A stretch of DNA of 64,000 bases. Source: Ginglymostoma cirratum (Eukaryota). Position 1 is the stretch's first letter. Each line of letters starts with the position of its first letter. The stretch is taken from assembly GCA_024137785.1 (NCBI GenBank), contig JAHRHZ010000024.1, forward strand, positions 28,434,342 to 28,498,341, written 5' to 3'. The position numbers and the translations under genes are program-made. Of this stretch, positions 24,923 through 38,393 are shown piece after piece. The notes under the pieces were generated by a model. That model was not told the DNA's origin. It made no database searches and saw only the letters and a list, made by a program, of their open reading frames with translations.

Positions 24923-27900
24923 TTAAGCCATGGGGTACAGGTCTCTGGCGCAGAGTCTGTCCCTGTTGCTCAGAAGGGAAGGGGGGTCAGGAGGAGAGAA
25001 TTAGTCATTGGAGACTCCATAGTTAGGGGGACAGATAGGAGATTCTGTGGGAATGAGAGAGACTCGCAGTTGGTGTGTTGCCCCCCCAGGTGCCAGGGTC
25101 CATGATGTCTCGGATCGTGTTTTCGGGATCCTTAAGGGGGAGGGGGAGCAGCCCCAAGTCGTGGTCCACATAGGCACCAACGACCTAGGTAGGAAAAGGG
25201 ATGGGGATGTAAGGCAGAAATTCAAGGAGCTAGGGTGGAAGCTTAGAGCTAGAACAAACAGAGTTGTTATCTCTGGTTTGTTACCCGTGCCACGTGCTAG
25301 CAAGGTGAGGAATAGGGAAAGAGACCAGTTGAACACGTGGCTACAGGGAGGGTACAGGAGGGAAGGATTCAGATACCTGGATAATCGGGGCTCATTCTGG
25401 GGTAGGTGGGACCTCTACAAATGGGATGGTCTGCACCTGAACCAGAGGGGTACCAATATCCTGGGGGGAAATTTGCTAATGCTCTTTGGGAGGGTTTAAA
25501 CTAATCCAGCAGGGGGATGGGAACCTGACTTGTAGCTCCAGTGTACAGGAAGTTGAGAGTAGTGAGGTCATGAATAAGATTTCAAGGTCGCAGGAGTGTA
25601 CTGGCAGGTAGGAAGGTGGTTTGAAGTGTGTCTACTTCAACGCCAGGAGCATCCGGAATAAGGTGGGTAAACTTGCAGCATGGGTTGGTACCTGGGACTT
25701 TGATGTTGTGGCCATTTCGGAGACATGGCTAGAGCAGGGACAGGAATGGTTGTGGCAGGTTCCGGGGTTTAGATGTTCAGTAAGATCAGGGAAGGTGGTA
25801 AAAGAGGGGCAGGTGTGGCATTGTTAGTCAAGGACAGTATTACGGTGGTAGAAAGGACATTTGATGAGGACTCGTCTACTGAGGTAGTATCGGCTGAGGT
25901 TAGAAACAGGAATGGAGAGGTAACCCTGTTGAGAGTTTTCTATAGGTCTCCAAAAAGTTCCAGAGATGTAGAGGAAAGGATAGCAAAGATGATTCTGGAT
26001 AGGAGCGAAAGTAACAGGGTAGTTGTTACGGGGGACGTTAACTTTCCAAATATTGACTGGAAACGCTATAGTTCGAGTACTTTAGATGGGTCAGTTTTTG
26101 TCCAATGTGTGCAGGAGGGTTTCATGACACAGTATGTAGATAGGCCAACAAGAGGCGATGCCACATTGGATTTGGTACTGGGTAATGAACCAGGCCAGGT
26201 GTTAGATTTGGAGGTAGGTGAGCACTTTGGTGATAGTGACCACAATTTGGTTACATTTACTTTAGCGATGGAAAGGGATAGGTAAATACCGCAGGGCAAG
26301 AGTTATAGCTGGGGGAAAGGCAATTATGAGGCAATTAGGCAAGACTTAGGATGCATAGGATGGGGAAGGAAACTAAAGGGGCTGGGCACAATTGAAATGT
26401 GAAGCTTGTTCAAGGAACAGCTACTGCGTGTCCTTGATATTTATGTACCCGTCAGGCAGGGAGGAAGTGGTCGAGCGAGGGAACCGTGGTTTACTAAAGA
26501 AGTTGAATCTCTTGTCAAGAGGAAGAAGGACGCTTATGTAAAGATGAGGCGTGAAGGCTCAGTTAGGGCGCTTGAGAGTTACAAGTTAGCCAGGAAGGAC
26601 CTAAAGAGAGAGCTAAGAAGAGCCAGGAGGGGCCATGAGAAGTCTTTGGCAGGTAGGATCAAGGAAAACCCTAAAGCTTTCTACAGGTATGTCAGGAATA
26701 AAAGAATGACTAGAGTAAGATTAGGGCCAGTCAAGGACAGTAGTGGGAAGTTGTGCGTGGAGTCCGAAGAGATAGAAGAGGTGCTAAATGAATATTTTTC
26801 GTCAGTGTTGACAAAGGAAAAAGACAATGTTGTCAAGGAGAATACTGAGATACAGGCTATTAGACTAGACAGGATTGAGGTTCACAAGGAGGAGGTGTTA
26901 GCAATTCTGGAAAGTGTGAAAATGGATAAGTCCCCTGCGCCGGATGGGATCTATCCCAGGATTCTCTGGGAAGCTAGGGAGGAGATTGCAGAGACTTTGG
27001 CCATGATCTTTATGTCGTCATTGTCTACAGGAATAGTGCCAGAAGACTGGAGGATAGCAAATGTTGTCCCCTTGCTCAAGAAGGGGAGTAGAGACAACCC
27101 TGGTAATTATAGACCAGTGAGCCTTACTTCGGTTGTGGATAAAGTGTTGACAGGATTATAAGAGATAGGATTTATAATCATCTAGAAAGCAATAATTTGA
27201 TTAGGGATAGTCAACCCGGTTTTGAGAAGGGTAGGTCGTGCCTCACAAACGTTATTGAGTTCTTTGAGAAGGTGACCAAACAGGTGGATTAGGGTAAAGC
27301 GGTTGATGTGGTGTATATGGATTTCAGTAAAGCATTTGATAAGGTTCCCCACGGTAGGCTATTGCAGAAAATACGGAGACATGGGATTGAGGGTGATTTA
27401 GCAGCTTGGATCAGAAATTGGCTAGCTGTAAGCAGACAGAGGGTGGTCGTTGATGGGAAATGTTCATCCTGGAGTTCAGTTCCTAGTGGTGTACCACAAG
27501 GAACTGTTTTGGGGCCACTGCTGTTTGTCATTTTTATAAATGACCTGGATGAGGGCATAGAAGGATGGGTTAGTAAATTTGCGGATGACACTAAAGTCGG
27601 TGGAGTTGTGGATAGTGCGGAAGGATGTTGCAGGTTACAGAGGGACATAGTTAAGCTGCAGAGCTGGGCTGAGAGGTAGCAAATGAAGTTTAATGCGGAA
27701 AAATGTGAGGTGATTCACTTTGGAAGGAGTAACAGGAATACAGAGTACAGGGATAATGGTAAGATTCTTGGTAGTGTGGATGAGCAGAGAGATCTCGGTG
27801 TCCATTTTCATAGATCCCTGAAAGTTGCCACTCAGGGTGATAGGGTTGTTAAGAAGGCGTACGGTGTGTTAGGTTTTATTGGTAGAGGGATTGAGTTCCG

Positions 27901-28485
27901 GAGCCGTGAGGTCATGTTGCTGCTGTACAAAACTCTGGTGCGGCCGCACTTGGAGTATTGCGTGCAGTTCTGGTCGCCGCATTATCAGAAGGATGTGGAA
28001 GCATTGGAAAGGGTGCAGAGAAGATTTACCAGGCTGTTGCCTGGTGTGGAGGAAAGGTCTTATGAGGAAAGGTTGAGGGACTTCAGGCTGTTTTCGTTAG
28101 ATAGAAGAAGGTTAAGAGGTGACTTAATAGAGACATACAAGATGATCAGAGGATTAGATAGGGTGGACAGTGAGACCCTTTTCCTCAGATGGTGATGGCT
28201 AGCACAAGGGGACATAGCTTTAAATTGAGGTGTGATAGATATAGGACAGATATCAGAGGTAGACTCTTTACTCAGAGAGTAGTAAAGGCATGGAATGCCC
28301 TGCCTGCCGCAGTAGTAAAGATGACTCGCCAACTTTAAGGGCATTTAAATGGTTGTTGGATAAACATATGGATGATAATGGAATAGTGTAGGTTAGATGG
28401 GCTTCAGATTGGTTTCACAGGTCGGTGCAACATCAAGGGCCGAAGGGCCTGTACTGCACTGTAATGTTCTATGTTCTATGTTCTA
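24923..28485 (+). mobile_element. Near-complete CR1 LINE: ORF1 SGNH esterase plus ORF2 APE and RT (disrupted)
   Basis: ORF1: LVIGDSIVRG, VVVHIGTND, DGLHL. APE: YFNARSIRNK, ISETWL, GDVNFP, LDLVL, SDHN. RT: [35 protein letters not shown]. Ends in an (ATGTTCT)n tail. Possible TSD TACAT at 24918-24922 and 28484-28488. Confidence 0.97.
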
Positions 28486-28594
28486 CATCAAGTGTTTGAC
28501 ATCTGGAATATCTTACCTTCTATCTGGTACGTTTAAAGGTCCACTGTGAATGGTAGTGAATGAGTGAGTGAATTTCAGAGTGAATGTGGAGATT

Positions 28595-28955
28595 CATTCA
28601 TTTTTAAAAATTTATCCATCAGAATGTTGGCTTGGCCAGCATTTATTACCCATCCCTTACTGCCCAGAGGGCAGTTAAGAGTCAACCACATTGCTGTGGG
28701 TGTGGAGTCACATATCGACCAGACCAGGTAAGGATGGCAGTTTCCTTCCCTAAAGCACATTAGTGATCAGACATTGTTGGCTCATCAAACAACAATGGTT
28801 TCATGGTCATTGTTAGATTCTTAATTCCAGATTTCCTTTTGTTGAATTCAACTTCCACCATTTGCTGTGGCAGGATTCAAACCAGGCGTCCCCAGAACAT
28901 TACCTGGTACTCTAGATTAATCTTCTAGAGATAAGACCACTAGTCCATCACCTCC
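28595..28955 (-). mobile_element. tRNA-derived SINE, full length
   Basis: Reverse-complement match to 36110-36457. Confidence 0.8.
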
Positions 28956-29944
28956 CCTAGGTTGTAAAATAAGTGACTAAGTTGGTAGGCAAGAAGAGTG
29001 ATAGTTGGGCCAGGTGGAAAGCCAGTAGAATGGTAAGTGGGTCAGTAGGATTGGTCAGGTTGGGAAATGGTCCAATGGCTGGGGTTAGAGTGGTCAAATT
29101 TGGTAGTTGGGACAGATTGAGGGGTACTGTCAGAGGATAAAGGGATACAATTGGGTTGGGTTGGGGCATGGGCTAGTCATGGCAATCAGAGGACTAGTCC
29201 ATTGGTCTTGGGCCAGATCAGGATGTAATTAAGGTAGTTGAAGGTATAATAGAGTGATCAGTTTGTGTGATTGTAGTTACCCAGGAATTAGTCAAGTCTT
29301 TAATCCGTCTAACATTTCCTGGGTAGCTATCCAGGTTAGTACTGTGGAATTGCCCAAAGTCTCCAACTCAAGAGATTTTTGCAGAGTGCACCAGGGAGCA
29401 AACAAGTTGCACATCAGAAGTTCAAATTCCCAGAAATTCCCATGGAAGTCAGCATTATGGACCTGCTGCATATCTCAGGTTCTATGTTCTGCAAAGCTAA
29501 CAGTGGAACTGCACATCTCTGATAGAAGTGCCTCAATTTCCCCATGTAACTGTGCATCAACCCTTCCCTGATTTGATGAAACATTTGCATTTGTGAGTAC
29601 TATCATTTTCACTGTTACTATTTACGGCAGTTTTTGAGCCAAAAGTATTAATGTCCTACAATTTTTAGGGGAGTTGGCACCACTACTGACAAGAGGGACA
29701 TATTCTAAATTTTCTAATAGTGCTGCGCAAGTTTTAAATCCCGAGTGTTAAAATTATTCACATGAAAGAGGGAACAGAGTTGTTACAAGTTGTTACGTGA
29801 AATAATTATGCTACAAGTGGCCAAATTGTGAAAACAAGTAGGTCATTCAGTAACAGAGATATTCCACAAAGCAAATTTTTTTTTTAATTCATTCATGGGA
29901 TGTGGGTGTTGCCGACTGAGCCACCATTTCAGAGCTTCAGTTTC

Positions 29945-30340
29945 AGAGATATACAGCACAGAAACAGACCCTTCAATCCAACTCGTCCATGCCAACCAGA
30001 TATCCTATATGAATCTACAGTCATTTGCCAGAATTTGGCCCATACCTCTCTAAACCCTTCCTATTCATATACCTATCCAGATGCCTTTTAAATGTTGTAA
30101 TGGTACCAGTCTCCACCACTACCTCACACACCACCCTCTGCGTGAAAAGGTTGCCCCTTAGGTCCCTTTTATATCTTTCTCCTCTCACCTTAAACCTATG
30201 CTTTCTAGTTTTGGAGCCCCCACGCTGGGAGAAAGACCTTGCCTATTCACCGTATCCATACCCCTCATGATTTTATAAATCTCTATAAGGTCACCCCTCA
30301 GCCTCCAACGTTCCATGGAAAATAGCCCCAGCCTATTTGG
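29945..30340 (-). mobile_element. CR1 LINE 3' end
   Basis: Minus strand RLRGDLIEIYKIMRG, plus 3' UTR. Confidence 0.9.
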
Positions 30341-30474
30341 ATAGTAGTAAAGATGATTTTAACATTCTACAGATTTCTGTCTGGTCATTTTCTGCTGATA
30401 AAGGGCCAGAGGATAGTAGGGAGACTATCAGACCACAGAAATTCCCACAACAGTAGATAAATATTAACTATTTC

Positions 30475-30760
30475 TGTTAGTTGGGGATTCTAGAGCTAGA
30501 GGACAACGTCTAGAAATTAGGGTCAGATTGTTCAGGAGACCTGTTAGGAAGTATTTCAACACAAAAGGGTGGTAGACCTTTAGAACTGTTCCACAAATGG
30601 CAGTTGATGCTAGGTCAGTTATTATATGCTAAATCTCAGATAGATCTTTTTTTGTGAAGCAAAAGTATTAAAAGGATAGAGGCCAAAGGCAGGTATATGG
30701 AGTCATGCCAAAGATCAGCCGTGATCTCAATAAATGGCAGAAATGGCTCTCAGGTAGATG
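30475..30760 (+). mobile_element. CR1 3' fragment
   Basis: GDSRARGQRLEIRV-like C-terminus and 3' UTR (GATCAGCCGTGATC). Confidence 0.7.
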
Positions 30761-31389
30761 TGAAAAAATAGAGAGAAGTCATCAGACCTCCAGCTTGCAG
30801 TTGTGACTCTTTGCTGCAGGAAAACCCACTTTATGCCTGAAGAAAACCAGTTTATTTTGAAGTAGTTGTGGAAAAGCTATGACATTTAAGTAACATCTGA
30901 GACATTCCACAAGTGAGAACTGGTCCCGCCTGTGCTCTCCAGGTTTTAAAAAAAGCCTCCAGAGAAGGAAGATCAAACAGCAGCTTCTGATGAGCGCAAG
31001 TGTTACAACATAGGTACAACAAGCCAAATCAAATCAGCCTTACTATCACTGGATTCATCGCACAGTGAAATTTGAATATTTAGTGATCCTCAAAGTTGCC
31101 CAACTGTTCCTAACCAGACTTCACAAGTGATAAATTTTGGACACCAAGTTTATACCAAAAAAATCCAATGGTTAATACTGTAGCTATAGGAGGACAAAGA
31201 AAGAATCTAATATCAATGATTTAAACCAAATCTTTAATCATAGCCCCTCACACTCTCAGACAGAGAGTTTAGGGATAATTATAAAAGAATTGTACTTTAC
31301 AAATTTAACTAAACAGTTTCAAATAATGAATATCAAGCATTCATGCAATCCTTGGATAAATGTGTTGTTCACAGGCAAGTAGCTGTTAG

Positions 31390-32070
31390 AGACATCAGAC
31401 TTATACAGAAGAGGCCCTTTGGCCCATCAAATCTGTACTGCTGAAGGTGCACTGAAGTTACACTAGGCCCACACATTTTAAAACATCACCCAAGCAGTGC
31501 ATTCTGGATCCTCACCATCCTCTGGCTGAACAATGTCTGCTTTTCGCCTTTCGCCCTAAAATTATGCCCCATTGTTGTTAAGCTTTTAATTAAAGTGAAC
31601 AGCTGATTTCTATTCACCTTGTCAACATTCTTGAATCTTCTACACCTCTATAAAGGTCTCTCCTCAAGCTTCTCTGCTCCAAAGAAAACAACCTGAACTT
31701 ATCCAGCCCATACTGCTAGATACTGCTCTAGCCCAGGCAACATCCTGTGGACAAACATCCCAAAATCCCTCTGTTCCTCTGAGCTTCCTTGTGTCCCACC
31801 ATTTATTGCATACTCCCTTTTCTGGTTACTTCTTCCAAAGTGCATCACCTCGCACTTATAGGGTTAAATTACATCTGGCCAATTGTTTATATCTCGTGTA
31901 ACCTAAGACTTTCTTCTTCGATCAACCTGTTAATCTTTGTATCATTCCCAAATTTGTCATCTCCCACTTCCACCACCACCCATATTGTTTGTAATATGTA
32001 TGAAAAGCACACGGACCCACATCGAACCCTGCGAACTGCTACTAGGTAATGGCCTCCAGTCACGCGAACA
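31390..32070 (-). mobile_element. Old CR1 fragments
   Basis: Minus strand KFGNDTKINRLIEEESLRLHE; CEVMHFGRSN. Confidence 0.75.
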
Positions 32071-32250
32071 ATTTTAGTAAATCTGATTTCGAAGTCGCCA
32101 GTGAAAGTGACATTTTCAGAGGTATTATTTCTCACAAACGGGGATTCTTTTCTCAAAACATTGAAAAATTCTTGAATTGGATAGAAAATGAGAGAGCGAG
32201 AGCACACTTGCAGGAGTACCGTGCGCGCAGAAGTGAGAGATGGAAGACGA
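32010..32250. promoter_or_regulatory. Local CpG-rich patch, possible hypomethylated regulatory element
   Basis: 13 CpGs counted in 32012-32249 against a visibly CpG-depleted background. Includes the palindrome TGCGCGCA. Confidence 0.3.
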
Positions 32251-32589
32251 ACAAAAACAGAAATTGCAGTTTCAAAAAAGGGTCACTGGACCCAAGTGGA
32301 AATATTTATCAGACTCTCATGATGCTCGTGGACCTAGGTTACATCTTTGGCTGCCTTTCCTGTGCTGGCCATTCCCTTTCTTCAGAATGTTTTTTATTTC
32401 CCAAACTTTAAAGGGGACAGGCCCAAAGATGCTGGCGAGCCAACTGTCTGAAGTCCTACAGTAAGGACACTTTCCTTGGTTTCATCATATCAGTAATGGG
32501 GAAATTCCTGGATAAATCAGCTAACTCTGCTTTCTCTCCACTGATGCTGCTAGACCGGCTGAGATTTTCCAGCATCTGCAGTTCTTTAT

Positions 32590-32835
32590 TGCTGTGAGTC
32601 AGGAATCACATGTAGGCTAGACCAGGTAAGGTTAGTAGATTTCCTTCTGTAAAGCACAATAGTGAACCAAACCAGTTTTTATGGCAATCAACAATTAGGC
32701 CAGCTTTAATTCCAGATTTTGATTGAATGGACATCTTGTCACAAAGAATAGTTTTAATTTGAACCCATGTCTCCAGAAAATTAGCTGGGGCACTCTGGAT
32801 TACTAGTGTAGTGATATTACCACTACACCACCGTT
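32590..32835 (-). mobile_element. tRNA-derived SINE
   Basis: Match to the 36110-36457 family. Preceded by a Penelope-like tail fragment at ~32520-32590. Confidence 0.7.
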
Positions 32836-34319
32836 CTCAGTGAGCCTAAGGAGTAAGATCAAAAAAGCATAAATGTCATGTTAGAAGACCGAGCGTGAGC
32901 TTTCATGCCATGGGACATAATATTGGCTTGATAGTCAATATATCTCAATTGGTGCTCATTTCCCTCCAAATGGATGGCAAATAGTTCAGTTTGTTGGGAG
33001 TCCATGGACAGTTAAAGGTTAACAGTCAAATGTGTTGGTCCTGGAAACAACAGATTCTCCACATTAACAGGATGGCTTTAAAGCATCATGAGGTAGAAGC
33101 AGTGTCCTTCTAATACAAAAAATACTCATTCCAGGAAATAAGTGAAAGTAAAAATATCAACCATGGGTGAATAAAATGCAGCTTTAGTAGCTGAAGTAAT
33201 AAGAACAAGCAGAAGCATTGATTTATTGTAGCATTAAAAGATAATGGTATAAAGATTGCCCTTTAAAGAAGTTAAATTAAAGCAGGATGTTTTGTTTAAA
33301 AGAAGCAGGTTTGGAGGAACCGGTTACATCTGTTTGCAGAAATAGTCTGTCTTCAAAGCAGTTGAAAATCAATACAATGTAATGTCTTATTCGTGACATG
33401 TACTTTTGCCATAGAAAAAAGTGTAGAATACAGAGAAGCATGCTCTCTCATTACTTTGTTGCAGCTAATTCAGAAGGTGCAGAAACTGGAAAGGTGCTTT
33501 TTCTCTATGCAGTTAGACAATTCACTGTGTTGTACATCAATAAGGTCTGTTCTGCATAGTCTACCATTGAGTATCTTAAACTTAATAGAAAAATATTGTT
33601 GTGAACCATAGCAGAAAAGAGGTTAATAGGTAATTGTTGTAAATTGGATATGCTAAACTTTGTTCTTAATTCTCAACTACAGAGTTTCAACCCCAAAGAA
33701 ACAACATTTTCCCATATTGCCAGTGAAACCAAGGAACCCAAAGCTTGTCAGTTGTTCAAATTGTGAGCTCTCCTGACTGAAACAGCAATGAATGTTCTAA
33801 AATGAGTTGGTGAAGAACTAACATAGACGTGTGCTGCACTAAGAGTTAGATGGATCACGAAGCACAGCTTGTACAGTATATAACTGGATTGAATTTATCA
33901 AATATATGTGAACAGTCTGGCATAGCCAGAGAGGGAGATGAAACAGAAAAGCAACAGAAAAGTCAGACTGAACTCAGAAATTATAATAAATGTAGGACTG
34001 TTCATTGCATTTAGCTAAACTCTAGTCGAATAATCAGATAGACACAACATGCTAGAATCAAAGTTGACTGTGTACATAACTAGGCATGTTACACTAAAAT
34101 GTATTTGGTGTCCAGCTGTTTCAACTACAGGACATCTTGACTTACTGCAAGAGAACTATTCCTTCCAGAGCTACTTGACATTCCACTTCTTAACAAGAAG
34201 GGACAAAATGATTTGATGTTTAGGACATTGAATGTTCTCATTGTACGAAAAGACCATCTGCCCCTTCTGAGAAGAACAGACCGAGAAGAACACAGAATAT
34301 AGTTAAGTGCAAAGAAAAA

Positions 34320-34630
34320 AATTTTTGCATCGCTACAGTATCTTTCATGACCATGCGACATCTCAAAGCACTTTGCAGCCAATTATGTAAGTCACAATTC
34401 TTCTAATATAGTGGTAAAGTAACTAATTTGTGTTCACAACCTCCCACCAACAAGATGTGATGATCGGATCATCTGTTTTAATGACGCCTGTTGAGGGATA
34501 AGATAATCACCAGACCACCAGAGAGAAATCTCCTGCTGTTTTTCAAAATAGCAGTACATAATCTTTTACATCCACCTGAGAGAGCAGATGGAACCTCAGT
34601 TAAACATCTCAGTTGAAAAGAAACACAACA
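34320..34630 (-). mobile_element. Deu-domain SINE
   Basis: ATCTTTTACATCCACCTGAGAGAGCAGATGGAACCTCAGTTAAACATCTC resembles the Deu-domain core. Confidence 0.7.
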
Positions 34631-34649
34631 TGATCATAGGATTATCAAC

Positions 34650-34900
34650 TTGGGAAGACCACCATCTGCAAATTCTCCTCCAGACCATGCACCATCCTGA
34701 CTTGGAGCAATATCGCTATTCCTTCACTGTCATTGGGTCAAAATCTAGAATCCCCTTCATAAGCGTTATGTGGGTATATTTACACTACACGGACTGCAGT
34801 GGTCAAGAAGGGATCTCACCAGCACCTTCTCAGGAAAAATTTGGGATGGACAATAAGTGCTGGCCTATCCTAAGATCTCCTAATCCTGTGAAACAATGAA
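34650..34900 (+). mobile_element. LINE 3' end, same family as 23310-23740
   Basis: ACCACCATCTGCAAATTC...CACCATCCTGACTTGG...GGGATGGACAATAAGTGCTGGCC. Confidence 0.7.
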
Positions 34901-35584
34901 AAAAATCTTAGACTTTTGTTCTCACATCGCTGGGAGTAATTGTTCCCTTTTAAGAATTTGCCCAAGAAACGTCTTCGATTTATGCTAAATCTAAAATTGC
35001 TGTACAGCAACAATATGGCATTGACCAGTTTATTTTTGGTGATGTTGTTTCAGTGATAATATATTGGCTATCTCACTTGGGGCTAACTCCCCTTTACAAT
35101 GGTACCATGGAAACTTTTGGGTATCTTTGGAAGTGAAAACAAGGCTTCAATTTAAAGTCTCAGCCAAAGAAGACAAATTTAAACAGTGCAGCATTCTCTC
35201 AATCCTGTCCTGTCAGGATTTTTAGCTCCTGGCTTTGGGATGAAACTATTTACTCTGGTTCAGAGCAAAGGGAATGGTCCCATTAAGTCATGGTTGACAC
35301 TGTAACAAGAGATTATAACGAGTAAATCAAGTTGTCACTTAACCACGGACCTTGCATATGATTCTGTTCAGGTTAAACAACCATTCTAAAGTGATTTCTT
35401 CGTTAACATTCCAGTCACCATGACAATCATTTGATAGCACTTTATTTGTTAGAAAAAACTTTGATTTAAATATTAATGTGGTGAAATATTTCATTTTATT
35501 TCTCGATAATTCACGTTAGCCAAAAGTTTGAATTAATTATTTCAGTTCACCATTCAGAAAGAAATCAAAGGAAGTTATTTAGCA

Positions 35585-35937
35585 TCATAGAATCTCTGCA
35601 GTGTGGAAAGAGGTCATTCAACTCTTTGAGTCTACATCAATCCTCTGAAGAGTATCCCACCCAAACCCAGTCCCCCACCCTATACCCAGAACCCAACATC
35701 TCCTGTGGCTAATCCACCTAGCCTGCATATCCCTGGACACTACAGATCTTTTTAGCATGGTCAATTCACCTAACCTGCACATCATTGGACTGTTGGAGGA
35801 AACCAGATCATGCAGCAGAAACCCACGCAGACATAGGAAGAACATATAAACTCCATGTAGACAGTCACTCAAGGCTGAGAAGTAAACCCAGAACCCTGGT
35901 GCCGTGAGGCAGCAGTGCTAACCACTGAGCCACCGTC
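35585..35937 (-). mobile_element. HE1-type V-SINE
   Basis: Head GGACGGTGGCTCAGTGGTTAGCACTGCTGCCTCACGGC, V-domain-like core, CR1-like tail. Confidence 0.9.
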
Positions 35938-36109
35938 CCATTGTGCCACCTGATTTGAGTTAGCAAAGAAAACTTTAGAGTAGGGATTTGGCATTTTAGC
36001 TTAGTTGGCTACACAGCTAGCTTGTAGATTTGATTAACACTAATATCAAGCAGTTTGATCCCAGTCCTGGCTGAAGTAAACTCACGACCTGCTATATTGT
36101 CTCATTCAC

Positions 36110-36457
36110 GTGGCCTAGTGGTTTTATCACTGGACTGTTAATCCAGAGATCCAGAAAACGTTATGGGGACCCAGGTTCGAATTCTGCCACAGCAGATAAT
36201 GGAATTTGAATTCAATAAATGTCTGAAATTAATGATCTGATGATGACTGCAAATCCATTGCCAATTGTCGCAAAACCCCATCAGGTTCACTAAGGTAATG
36301 TAGGGAAGGAAAATGCCATCCTTACCTGGTCTGGCCTAGATGTGACTCCAGACCCGCAGCAACATGGTTGACTCTGAACTACCCTCTGGGCAATTAGGGA
36401 AGGGCAATAAATGCTGCCTAGCCAGTGATGTCCTTACCCTGTGAATGAATAAAAAAA
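36110..36457 (+). mobile_element. tRNA-derived SINE, best-preserved copy, nested in another SINE (~35995-36530)
   Basis: A/B-box-like TGGCCTAGTGG...GGTTCGAATTC. Ends GAATGAATAAAAAAA. Confidence 0.85.
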
Positions 36458-37639
36458 CACTCACAGTAAATCATAGCACTTTTCACAGTAATCACTAACG
36501 ACCTTTCTTCAGGCAGAAAACTCAAGGTGGAGAAGAAGAAAGAAAATGCTGCACTATGAATGTGCTATCAGTGACATGAAGCGATAGAGGTTAAATAAAC
36601 AGCGTGAATGCCAGCAGAAAGAAGATTGCCTGGAGATTGTATCAAGCATGTTTAAGAAGTCTTGTGCTGTTGCATATTTGGCTGCTTTGGAAGTATCTAG
36701 CTTGAATGCCTCCCAGCTGGCATTCAAAAATGAACAAAAAGCAGAGCAGATCAGTGTTACTTCCTGCAGAGCTCCCTGCTGATAGATCCTGTCAATGGGT
36801 GACATCAATTGAACAGCACCCTACTGAACTGAAAAGCCGAAAGGAACAAACTCTGGCAGAGAAACAGAACAAAAGCATGAAGTTTCACATGCCCCCCAAC
36901 TTTATTGGAGAGGATTTTCTCCCCAACATTTTTTAAAGTAACCTAAGCAGAAGAGCAATTCACATTAATTTTGCTTTCTATTCTAAACCCCTATGATAGG
37001 CATAAACATCATAAATTTGACTTTAGAATACTTGCCTGTGAGTACCATGCTGAAGTGGAGTTACTGAGCTATTTTGATGCATTTATTTTAAATGAAAGAG
37101 TATGTTTATTAAATTGGGACAGCAATGTAATTTCATACGAACTTGTGAAGAGAAGGAACTGGCAGAGTTGCAGTAGTGAACGCAACAAAAAGATAAGGAA
37201 GAAGTTGAATCTTTCAATAAACTCTGCATCATGGTTGTCACATATAGTCTGTCAATTTTGGATCCGCTCAAGCTCAGCTCAGAGGGAAAATGCAGGGAAA
37301 CACCTTGTCAGCCTATGTTTAAAGCAGTGCAGGCATGTGTAGGACAGATTAATGTTTGTTTTCTTTCCTGAACCTTGCACTTTCAAACTCTATCTTCACG
37401 TAGAAGGGCAAAACATAAGCAATTGGGAATACGTTCTAACTAAAGATGTCTGGCTGTTTTGTTTTTAAGCTTTTTGTTTCATCAATAAGTTATTCTACAG
37501 AAAGCTAACAATTTTACTTATACAAGATTCATGTTTATCATGTTTTTGTGATATGCCATCCCAATAACATCACGTGTACTAGTATATAATTTTACCTGTG
37601 CTACTCTTACATAATATCCATATGCAAACAATGTGTATG

Positions 37640-38393
37640 AAGACTTCCCTCGAACTTTTGCTTGCAATTCTGCTGACAGCATAACTTGACAGGGGGATTC
37701 AGAATCACCTGCCTTTGCTCTGTTCTGACTATTGTGGACCTGCTAGTTACCCAGAAGCAGATGCTGCCAGGAAAATGCTACCTCTATGATATTTATCTAT
37801 CGCTTCTCTCAACAATGGCACTCTTGGAGGCTGAGTTTTAATTGCTGCCACTGATGGAGAGAGGCTTTTATATCCTTGAAAGGTCTCTTAGTTTCCCTTT
37901 GATTCAAATGGTTCTTCGAACATTCAAAACCGGACTTTCTTACACTCTGGATTTTGGATCTGAATACCTCAACTTTATGTTGTGCTCATCTCCATATATT
38001 CAGATCTGCCCTGCAGATGTCAACGATACCATTTTGCAGGAAGTTGCTTAATTTGCTGGTAGAATCTGCCACTCTGTCCAGACAAAAGTGTGCAATGTAA
38101 CGATTGTTCTCTAACTAGTTAATGGCTGTATGGGAATCATCCATTCCTCAATGGACACATCAGATCTCAATCAGGAAATAGCTGAGTTGGACTTGTGACC
38201 ATATTAAAAAGCCAGCTCTCTTATAATCCGCTAGTGCAGCACTTTCTTTCTCCGTAGTCAATGACATGCTCTGTGTTATCTGCTCAAGTCTGAAATGTCT
38301 GCTTGGACTGATGCCTGTTCCTAGTAAGGGGGAGGATGCAGAACATTGAAATATGTATGATAACACTGCAGTCATGGTTCCAGCTTTCTTTGC
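37640..38393 (-). pseudogene. Candidate large decayed exon (3' end uncertain)
   Basis: Acceptor TTTGCTTTACGCTAATACCTCAG|. One frame runs about 195 codons with 5 stops: AKKAGTMTAV...FLIEI*...RYIAHFCLDRVADSTSKLSNFLQNGIVDIC... Confidence 0.4.

Noticed and set aside
28311-30356. 14-bp match AGTAGTAAAGATGA at 28311 and 30343
   Set aside because: It does not bound any coherent element; likely chance.
32049-32411. 120-aa ORF as a novel gene
   Set aside because: It starts in a CR1 fragment, crosses a Penelope-tail fragment, and has no recognisable domain.
35880-36190. tRNA genes
   Set aside because: The A/B-box-like motifs are SINE heads that continue into SINE bodies; no full cloverleaf.
36702-36727. 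Hairpin TTGAATGCC-N8-GGCATTCAA
   Set aside because: A single 9-bp stem has no supporting context.
36512-36785. Plus-strand near-open frame after a CTTTCTTCAG acceptor
   Set aside because: The acceptor lies within a SINE remnant, the frame has an internal stop, and there is no donor.
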